Below are positions 41,423 through 64,000 of a DNA stretch of 64,000 nt, piece after piece; the stretch's first letter is position 1, and every line of letters starts with the position of its first letter. The stretch spans positions 9,610,001 through 9,674,000 of the forward strand of contig CM022675.1 of the NCBI GenBank assembly GCA_012295275.1, in the 5' to 3' direction. This DNA comes from Chrysomallon squamiferum (taxonomy: Eukaryota > Animalia > Mollusca). The translations under genes were made by a program, and so were the position numbers. The notes beneath the pieces were generated by a model that saw nothing but the letters and a program-made list of their open reading frames with translations, ran no database searches and had not been told where the DNA came from.

Positions 41423-43279
41423 GTCATGAACTGACGCAAAGATAAAAATAATAAAATGATCAATTCATATATTAATACTATATCTTGCACACACAAAATT
41501 CCCGTTTGATTGTATAAGTGTCAGGCTTAATGTTTTCTTTTCTTCATATTTAGAATCTTCAGTGTTGATTGCATCACCAAAAACATAACATAAAATAATA
41601 AATAAATCAATTATAATAAAAAAATAAAAATAATAATAAAATTGCTTACTATCATCTAAAAGTAATTCCAGATGCACTTACTTTTCTTTTCTCCTGACAA
41701 AACTGGAATAATTTAAATGCTGCTGAAACAGATCTTCAGTATTAAAAACAATAAACACAGAAGACAAAGAAAGGTTAAAAATATACCTTTATTATAAAAT
41801 AATACACATACGAATTGTATTTGTTCCTAGAAGGCAAAACAAGTATGACACAAAGTTATAAGACATGGCATGTCGCTCGTATCAAGTGAACAAATTTCAA
41901 GGCACTTTAGTTTGTTTTTTTTTAGTTTGTATTCAAATGCTCGATTTTTTTTTTTTTTTTTTACATTAAAAAGAGAAAAAGAACACATTCATTGAAAAAA
42001 ACTATTTTTAAGATATCACCCGTTTCTTTAATTTGTCAGCAATAATTTTCCAGTTAAAAAAAAGGTTTTAAAAAAATATTAATTAAAAATAAAAAGTAAT
42101 TAAGTACTAAAGCAGCAATGTCAAAAATAATAATTATTTTTTTTTACAAAGATACTGTGCACTTTTTTTTTTTTTGTTACAATAAAACGAAATGATGATG
42201 ATGATGATATTAAATGATGCTGAAATGAAATGAATAAATAAATATATAAAAATCATGATTTGAAATGTTTTAAACTATTGAACACAGACTAATTTCAGCC
42301 ATTATTTTGATTGGCTGATGCAAAATGATTTCTGTATTTTGATTGGCTGTAAAATTTCCTACACCAACACCAATGATTTTAAGAATGAAAATGGAGTAGT
42401 TAGAAAATGTTTGTGGTAGTAAGAAGTAGATTATATTCCCTGATTGAGTTTTAATTTTTAAGAAAAAAAAAAAAAAAAATGAAGACTTGTGGTTTTCTGA
42501 AAATTTATAATGAAAAGCTAAAAGTAACAAAAATAGAAAATATATTCAAATCCTGAGTACTATTAAAAATCAGATTCTGGACAGTTAAATTGTGTATGTG
42601 TGTGTGTGTGTGTTCCTGTGTGTGGTTCATTTAAATGAAATAAAGTTATAATGTGATGAAAGATGTAGGATATATGTTTCTTAAAATTATTTAACAATTT
42701 GTTACTTTTTAATTTTTTAATTTTTTTTATTATTTGTTACTTCTCCAAAAACAAAATAAATAAATTAAAAAAAACTCATTGATTTTATCTTATAGCTTTA
42801 TAAAGAAATTTATCCAAAATATTCTCCTAAAGGCTTAAAGCAGCACAAAAAGAAAAGACTCACGAAATAGCACCTTAAACTTTTTCAAATGTATATTGTG
42901 GTTGGCGTTATTATGAATGTTTTTATGTTCAGTGATAGCATCAAACATTTTATGAACAAAAATAAGAATTAGAAATTATTCTTTTGGGAGTGAGAAATGC
43001 ATGACTGACAAAAGCGTCGACAATTTCTGAAGAATAACGAAATGAAAAATGAGATGTTTCATACACATGTACATAAAATATATATTCATGTATTAACTAC
43101 ATTTTATAAAATTCAAAACCTCCACTCTGTAAAAAGTGTCTAATTTCACAACTACCTGAACATTAAAACAGATGTATCTTAAGTATATCGTAACTTCTTT
43201 TTTTCATTATTAATAATTTTTTAAAAAGGTGTCACCGAGCAATTTCGCAGAAAGAAAAATATATATAAAAACGCTATGA

Positions 43280-43315
<36 letters not shown>

Positions 43316-44134
43316 AACCTTTTTCGACATAAATAATTTAATATAATTGTTCAATCATGGCCATATTTTTGAAAGGAAAACAACATGAAACACATATTTA
43401 CATACACGATGAAAAATATATATACATATGAACAGTACAGAAGTACATGACAGTTTAAGAACACACAAGTATGAAGGCACATTTTTTTTTTTAAAGATAT
43501 CTTGTATATTTAATATATATATATATATGTATATATATTGTATGTATAGCTATTTACATGGTACAGATATGCAATGACAAAAGACAAAAGAAGAGTGAAC
43601 AGGTAAAAATAATAAATTAGAGAGAAAAAAACATAAGGTCAATAAAAACTGTTTTCCAGTTAAGAGGTGAAAATAAGAACGGAAGCATTTTTTAAAAGTA
43701 TAAAACTGAATAAAAGTTTAATTAAATAAACACAACACTTTTTAAAATAAATTAGAAATATATTTTAAATAAATAAATAAAATGAAGAGGAAACAATATG
43801 CAAAATTAATATTATTATTATTATTATTTTTTTTTGATTATCAAATGATTTCAAATCTTAAAACAGTTTAACAAATGACTATTTTGACCTGTGGGAATAT
43901 TAAATCATTTAATTTATTTAATATTTTCATTTCATTCATTTATATGAATAAAGGTTAATTTGTAAAACAATTTTTAATAAAAACTGCATTTAATATAACA
44001 AACCAAAAATCATCAATTATAGTAATATTTTATCAGTTAAAAAAGAAAAGGAAATCATTTTTTTAAAAGATCTGTATTGCTTGTAGTACAAACTCAAATT
44101 AAATTTAAAACTAAAATAAATAAAAAATTATAAA

Positions 44135-44165
<31 letters not shown>

Positions 44166-45818
44166 AATATAAAATTAGATAAATAAAATTTATTTAAAAA
44201 ACACCACAAATGTCTCTTTTTTTCACAAACAGGTATAAAAAAAAAAAAAAAAATCATATAACAAATTGTTATTAAAATATACATTTAAAAATCTGCATAT
44301 TTTTTTGTATATAAATATTTGAAAAAGTAACAAGACACTATAGGGTAAAAAAAAAAAAAAAAATTTAAAAAAAAGAAGTAACTATTGCATAGTGAATTGT
44401 CTTCCTTGAATACAAATTGCATTCCTTGAACAGTTCTTTTCATTTTTCTTGTATTCATTTAACAATCTTATTTTCCAAAGTACAAGAGTTACCTCCCTTG
44501 AACAAAAACTTGCTGTTAATAAGGGTGTTATTAAAAGAAGATTTTTATGTCTTTTTTTCTTCAAATTATATATAAAATATCTGCAAACTCAACATAAAAC
44601 ATATTTAAAAACACATAAAAAAGCACTTTATAAGGAAGAACAGTCAACATGGGCAGCCAAAATGGTTGCATCAGACCTTCCAGTCAACAACCACAGTACA
44701 AAAATAAAAAAATATTTTTAAATGAAATTTCAGTAGCCTCAGTGGATTGAGCAGCCATTTTTGTTTTCTATAAAAATAATAATAAAAAAAAATAATAAAA
44801 ACAATTTTGTGAGAAAAAAAATGTGATGTAGCTGAATTCCATATCAAATGGTTTAAACAATAACCTACAATATATTTTAACAAAGATTTTTTTATTTTTT
44901 TTAATAGAATTTATAAATAATTATTGACAGCAAAATTTTAAGTGATTACAAAATAACCTTTGTCTTTTTTAAGACATTTTTATTTATTTAAAAAAAAAAA
45001 AAACCCCAACAACTAACCAACCATGTAGCAAAATATTTATAAAACAATTAACAATTTATATTTAATGATTATTTTTACAAAAGCAGACCATGATTGAAAA
45101 TTTTTTTTTTTTTAAATATCTTTAAAATTTGCTAAAAATAAAAGAACTGACACAAGCTTAATAATTTACTAATGTGAAATTTCAGTTTAATGTTTATGCT
45201 AAAACATTTATTTTATAAATATGCTTAACAGTTTAAAAATATTTTTAAAAAGAATTACCAGTAGCTGAATATGATAAATTGAAACTTTATATTTTGATTT
45301 TCAACCATCAATATCTTATTTCTTTTTGGTTTTTAAAGTTTTTAAAAAAAAACAAAAAAAAACAACCTTAGAAAACATGTATGACAATGATCACAAAATT
45401 CCCTAATTTCTTTATAATTATGTATGATAAAAGACTTTTTTTTAAATTTCTCAAAAGACTATTTTGGAAGTAAAAATAAATTTATCAAAATATAAGGCAC
45501 TTAACTTTTTTCTTTCTTTCTTTTTTTTAAAAATCAAATAACTTCCTAAAATTCTAAAAAAAAAAAAACAACGTATCTATAAACAATTTGTTAACCAGTG
45601 ACTTAAACCCTAAAATGAATATTGCTTAAATTGTACAAATTCAAGAGTTTTACAACATCAACATACCCCATTCTTTAAGATTTAAAGATCTATTTAAAAA
45701 TATTTTCAGAATTTGATAAACAGAATTGTTACTTTTCTAAAAATGTTGCATGCAAAGAATTCAGACCATATTTTTGTTTACTGGCTCAAAATCCCTTAAA
45801 AATACGAATGCAAAAAGA

Positions 45819-45849
<31 letters not shown>

Positions 45850-46159
45850 GCATTTTAGTTAAGATAAATGAATAAATAAATAAATAAATAAATGATAAAA
45901 AGGGTATTATCTGGAAGAACGTTCGAAGAATGGATTTCCACTAATCCACTGTTGTTAATGAAAAATATATATACATATATATATATTCTTTTTCTTCTTC
46001 TGTGGTTTGTGGTATCTGGAGTATGTCATGTTACTTCAAAATCAAAATAGTTTTTTTATTTTGGCATGGGTTCACATTTGATCCTTTTTTTCTTTTTCTT
46101 TCAAATTTTTGCATAAATTTATTTTATATACACCCAGGACCGCTTTTTGTATACAACGA

Positions 46160-46325
46160 AAAGGCCTGATATTTCGCACATCAGAGAATGGCCTGGGATT
46201 TTTGCACACTGTGATAAAGGCCTGGGATTTTTGCACGCCGTGATAAAGGCCTGGGATTTTGCACACTGTGATAAAGGCCTGGGATTTTGCACACCTGTGA
46301 TAAAGGCCTCGAGACTTTTGCACAA
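46160..46325 (-). repeat. ~29-bp tandem repeat (5-6 copies) in the proximal 3' UTR of the TALE gene
   Basis: Unit ggcctgggattttgcacactgtgataaa repeated head-to-tail. Confidence 0.9.
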
Positions 46326-46473
46326 TATATGAGAGAGAGAGAGAGAGAGAGAAAAAAGCTCCAGATTTTGCACTCTACGAAACACAAAGCACAAGAATTC
46401 TTCCACTCTCTGAGAAAGGTTCAGGATTTGATGCTGTGTGAAGCCCCTAGTTTTGGCACATTTGAGAACGAGG

Positions 46474-58133
<11,660 letters not shown>

Positions 58134-58138
58134 GAGCT

Positions 58139-58665
58139 GCAAATGAAAAGTAAAACTGTTAACAAGATCTGTAATAGTTACTATAGAAAAAAATATATAC
58201 ACAGTATTCTATTAATTATAGCATCAATAACAAAAAAACATCGGAACAGTAACAGAAACATTTATCACATTATTTACAAATGAAAAGTAATACTGTTAAT
58301 AAGATCTGTAATAGTTACTATAGAAAAAATTATATATACAGTATTCTATTAATTATAGCATCAATAACAAAAAACACATCGGAACAGTAACAGAAACATT
58401 TATCACATTATTTTCATATAACGTACAAAGCTGGAAATGAAAAGTAAACTGTTAACAAGATCTGTAATAGTTATTACAGAAAAAAATATATACACAGTAT
58501 TCTATTAATTATAGCATCAATAACAAAAAAACATCAGAACAGTAACAGAAACATTTATCACATTATTTTCATATAACCTACAAAGCTGGAAATGAAAAGT
58601 AAACTGTTAACAAGATCTGTAATAGTTATTACAGAAAAAAATATATACACAGTATTCTATTAATG
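58139..58665. repeat. ~140-155-bp tandem repeat x3.5 comprising the intron 3' end of the TALE gene
   Basis: Near-identical units starting aaatgaaaagtaaa(a)ctgttaacaagatctgtaatag at ~58141, 58278, 58436, 58591. Confidence 0.92.
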
Positions 58666-59123
58666 TCAGTGACCACAAAACTATCTCAACACTAAGAAAA
58701 ACATTATTTAATACTTATTTATATACAATGTACCAAAAATAATTAAATAACAAAATAACAAAAGCAGAACAGTTCTCCAAGAAATGATAAAAACAAAAAT
58801 AGCCTTCAGAAATAATAAGAGAAATAAATAAGCATTTTAATAATAAATTTAAAAAATAACAATCTTTTAACTAAACTGAAAAAAGAAGAAAGAGAAAAGT
58901 TACAAAACAATGTAAATGTCCAAGAACAGATTAAAATAATAAGTTTAGCACCCACAGTAATGTTCATTTTAGCAACAGAAATTAATCTCTAAAAATTTCG
59001 TAAAGAATTTCATGCAAAAATGGCAATGTACAAAAATTACAAACTCTCACATAACAAATAATAACGTACAATAAATTCTGATAATTCTAATTTTAAAAAA
59101 TAATAATATTTAAAATAAATAGA

Positions 59124-59154
<31 letters not shown>

Positions 59155-59933
59155 AATAAAATTCAAGAACCAAAAACCAGTTTAATAATTTAATACAGGT
59201 AGGATAAAATAACAATGAAATCATTGTTTGTTTTTACTTACTTTTATAACAAAGAAAAAAGAAAAGTAACTAGAAAATGGTCAAATTAAAATAAAATTAA
59301 ATACAATAAAATAATAATGATAATTAAAAATATTTCATTTAGTAGCTTAGATATACATAATTTTTATGTTCTTTATAATCTGGGTTTGTTATTATAATTT
59401 TTCTAAGCGAAACCTGACATGATTAACAGCAACATAAAAGAAAACATTTTTAAAATAAATGTTAGTCCAAAAACTACTTGATTTACCCACTAAAAAAATA
59501 TATACATGAAATAAAACCATAATAAACTACTGAAATTTAAGAAGAAAACAAAAATTAAAGATTGCTAAAAAATAAATAAATAAATAAAAATAAAAGAGAA
59601 AAAGACAACATAACTGAAGAAACAAAAGCAATGACAAATACAATTTTCCAAATATCTCAGTTACAATATTTCTTTACCTGACGAGCAAGATCTTTATAAA
59701 GTTTGTCAGGATGAAGACAAGTGCATTTCGTTTTGTCTAGTTTATAGTATACTACATAGTTACTTATTAATAATTTATTAGTACAAGACAACATTTTGTT
59801 ACCATGGAAATAACCATTACTTTTTTTTTTTGCCTCACAGATTCCAGAAAGGAAAAGTTGTTTTTCCGATTTTTGTTGTTTTTCTGATTTTACTATTAAC
59901 GCACGGATCTTTACTTACGTACAGTGTGTTTGT

Positions 59934-59986
<53 letters not shown>

Positions 59987-61201
59987 TAGACAGACACACA
60001 CACACACACACAATTGTTCCTGCCAACACAAAGTACATATAATATAGCCAATTGCAGATTTCATTAAATTAAATTTACAAGTTAGAATACGGCAAAACAA
60101 ACCATTTAATTATCTACACAGCCATCAAAACTTTGTATTTTGACATTCACTACTGTTTAGTCTTAACAGTGTCATATTTCATATTTTGTCTAATAATTTT
60201 TATTTTAAAACTTCACTGAAAGTTTTGCATATCTGTAAAGCTTTGTTTCGTGTAAAGATACTTTATCTCAAAATTCTATAATTCTAGCTTAAACAATAAA
60301 TGTATCTATATTATTTTATTTGCTGTTTTTTTTTGCAGTTTCTCTTCTTCTTCCACTAATATTATTATTATTATTGCTGTTCTGATTATTATTATTATTT
60401 CTATTATTATTACTATTATGATTATTATTGCTATTATTATTATTATTATTATTACCATTATGATTTTTTTGCTATTATTGTTATTAATATTATTATTTTT
60501 TTTGCCATTATTATAATTATTGTTATTATTATTATTATTATTACACTCATTCTTTGGTATTGATATCATCATTCATTAGTACTGTTATCGTCATTATTTA
60601 TTTTATCCCTGAGTTAGCGGTCTGACATATGACAACTGGTTGTACTGTATTAATGAAAGATTGATGTGTAGATTGAAGAACAATTAAATGAAAAAGTCCA
60701 GTGCAATCTGCATTCAAACATAGTTCACAGCTGTTTAATAATGTTTGGTTGTTTTTACTGCAACTAATAAAGTTAATTTTATTCAAAAAAAAAAAAAATA
60801 ATAATAATAATAAAATTAAAAAAAATAATAATAATGAAATAAAGGACAATAAAAATAATAATAATAATAATAAAATTGTTTTTTAATAATTTATATATAT
60901 ATATCAAAAAAAGTAAAATAATAAAAAATTAAAATGGTCAAAACAAAAACCAAAAATAAAAAAACAATAACATAATAATTATTATTATATAAAATTAAAT
61001 AAATAAAAATAACAATAAAAAATATTTAAATAAATAAAATAAAAAAGAACAAAACAATAATAATAACAATAAAAATAATAATAATAATAATAAATAAGTA
61101 AATAATTATAATAACCAACCAATTGTTGCCTTAGATTTTATAAGACAGTGTAAATTAAATGGGATATTTTCCTTGAGTACATACAAATTATTACTTCATC
61201 A

Positions 61202-61235
<34 letters not shown>

Positions 61236-64000
61236 AAATTACAATTATAAGGGTTATATTATTTTTACTACACTACTACTACAACTGTTGTTGTTGTTAT
61301 TGTTAATATTATATCAATCACGTGCTTGAAAATAATTTTAAATAAAATCATTTACAGGTATGATTAAATAAATAATAATGAAGACAATGATGATGATGAT
61401 AATGATGAAACTTAACATTCAAAAATCCTATTTAATTTACAAATACAAATTCTGGTAATCATTTTGTCTTTCTTTTCATCCTATGGAGAAGGTTGTCAAA
61501 AAGGTGAAAATAAATTTTTTTATTTATTAAATATTCATACGAAGTTCCACACCCATTTATTTAAAATTCCAACCCAAATCCTTTAAGCAGAAATGTTCTC
61601 AGTGTAATTATGTTAATGTGGGTCATCCTTGCCTGGGGTCGCGACCTCCCAGCATTCCTAGAGGTAGGGCACTTCCCCTGACAAGCAGGATAAAATTCCA
61701 TCCAACCTGAGGAAGCAGCCATAATTCTAACTAAGCCTGTTGAATTTATCAGAGATTTGTAGAAGTGTAAAGCAATATTAATGTTAAATAATGCAGAATT
61801 CATTATATTTTTTTAGTGGGGTTTTTTTTTTTTGTTTTTTTTTTTTCTTAAAAAGTAAAAAATAAGTTTTTTTTTAATAACAGAGAACCTGTGTGTGTGT
61901 CTGTGTGCGTCTGTGTGTGTGTACAGAGTTTTAGAAATAAGACTGAAATTTTCACCCAAGTACCATGTTAAATAATTTGTTATTTTGTTCACTGATATTC
62001 AAACACAAACAGTTTGTCACATATTGTGTTTCTTAGGTTACTTTTCCCTCTTTTGTTTTGATTCAGGAACCATTTTCTTTCTGTTTGCTTCATGTGGCTG
62101 TTCAAGATGCCCACAAAAAATGAATGAAAAATATTCAAATCCATTACAAGCGAATACAACCAATATTCATATAATTAAATTTTTTATACATAAACAATTT
62201 ATACTGATTACATTATAATTAAGAACAAACAAAAAAAAATTATGTGTAAGTAATATAATGTGTATGAATATTATATATATATATATATATAAGTAGTTTT
62301 GCCTTTGACAAAAACAATTTCATTATAAATATTAATATCAGAAAATTTCAATAATTTACCTAATATTTTAAGAGTAAAATAAGAACAGTATAAAAAATTA
62401 GTGTAACCAGTTAATGGTTTAATTATAAATAAGTATTAGTGTTCAACAAATTTTAATAATTTACTGAATAAATTATTTTCAAAATAAAAATTTTCATTTT
62501 TAAGACAACGTATCTAATTAGGGTTTACCAATTAAAATGTCCACAGAGTGATTTAATTATAAATACTGTTAGCATCCGACAATTTTACTTTTACATCAGA
62601 AGAGCTGAACAGGATGACCGAACACAATTAAAATGGCTACACAGTTATTTTTTTGCTCATTTTGTATTTCACAAAAATTTTTCAGGGCAATCATTTCCAA
62701 ATAAAAAATAATGTCTTGTCCATCACAGTATGTCTTAATTAGAATGAAATGCAGGAAAGGGGATCATAAAGATGCTGAAGATAACTATCAATATTTATGG
62801 CTCTTTTGAACAAGTCTTTAAAACCGTCAATGCCCCTCAAGGCGTATTCAATTAACAATGACCTAACTTTAATCCCTAAGCACACTTTTGGGTAAGGCCG
62901 TTAAAGAACCAATCTGCACCCAGCTGCCCGGGGCTTTTCAGCGAATGGCCTCTAATCTGTCATTAAGTAGCTAGGAAAGTAATTCATCACAATGATCAGA
63001 GTCATTGTTATTTCTCTGCGCTAATCTCTGGTATTCCCGTGAAATCGTCTCGGATCTTCATTTAGCTGCCGGACGTCCTCCAGAGCATTCTGTTTATTTC
63101 TACATCGAGATCCGTCATCTAACTGTTTATGTTATGCATGTGCTAAGTCCTTGGATGCATTCTGTTTACTTGTATGAAGTAGTAAATATTGTTTATTAAC
63201 ATAATGTACAAATAGGAAGCAGGCTCTGGTTGCCTGGTTTCTGAGGTCGTTGCATCATTCACGACTGTTGCCTAGACAGAATTTATTATCAGTCCATAAC
63301 TGGAAAAAGAAAATTGATAATGTCCGGTAACAATAACAAAAAAGAAGATAGAAAGATAGATTTGCCAACAACACAATAATATTATTATTATAATTATTAT
63401 TATTTTTTATTTTTTCAGCCGTACATGAATGTCTGTGTGTGGCACAGAATAAATGGGGTGGAGTGTGTTTAGAAAGAGCGAGTTCAGTCTTCTTTACTCT
63501 GTAGTTTATAAAATGGGCCACTAATAAAATATTTAATATAACTTACAGTTTGTTTGTTTGTTTGTTATTGTTTTTGTTGGGTTTGTATGCTGGGGTCTTT
63601 TTTGGATTTTTTTTTTTATCTTTCTACTCATAATAGAACCAACATCTAACAGTTTCACCACTAAGAAAAAAAAAAAGTAGACTAATAAATACTTTACAAA
63701 TGACTTTTGTATTCTGTACTGAACCCTACAAATATAGTGATTTAAAAACTCATTCTCAATATTTGGTTGTTTTTTTTGTTTGTTTTTTTTGTTAACAGGA
63801 GACAATTTAAGTAAATGATTCTTCTTTCTGAAATAGTTTTAAACACAATTCTGCATTTTCTTCCAACTACTTCACCTTATTTTCACCTGCAGATCGGAAC
63901 ACTCTTAACAAATGTCTCCGTTTTAAATAGTTTTATCATTAAACCACACTGCGTTAGTTTCTGCCATGTCTGTACTGAGGGGGGGGGATTTTTTGCACAC

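Noticed and set aside
46160-46325. CRISPR-like array
   Set aside because: Head-to-tail repeats without unique spacers, eukaryotic context, no cas genes.
46160-46325. miR-92-family seed array in the 3' UTR repeat
   Set aside because: The repeats read GTGCAAA rather than the GTGCAAT seed match.

Overview
AT-rich, microsatellite-laden eukaryotic DNA, most likely a mollusc/spiralian (inferred from gene content). Four spliced protein-coding genes can be reconstructed by hand. (1) ATXN7L3/SGF11 (+, 2160-9583, 12 coding exons, 344 aa). (2) A type-I membrane receptor (+, 29129-41094, ~702 aa): C-type-lectin domain (CTLD) interrupted by a WSC domain, second CTLD, Ser/Thr stalk, TM, tail. (3) A single-Ig-domain membrane protein gene nested antisense in an intron of gene 2 (-, 32271-33829, 192 aa). 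(4) A long divergent TALE homeobox gene with a MEIS-like domain and WFTNARRR helix 3 (-, 46474-58133, 5' end probably further right). The most unusual structure is the lectin-WSC locus: its introns hold seven intact tRNA-Arg(TCT) genes arranged as inverted repeats that bracket domain-encoding exons, plus a TA-flanked MITE and the nested Ig gene. Three single-base frameshifts occur in otherwise intact exons and are most likely assembly indels. About 10-24 kb is a mosaic of decayed internal duplications with no intact ORF. All calls come from reading the sequence; no database searches were run.
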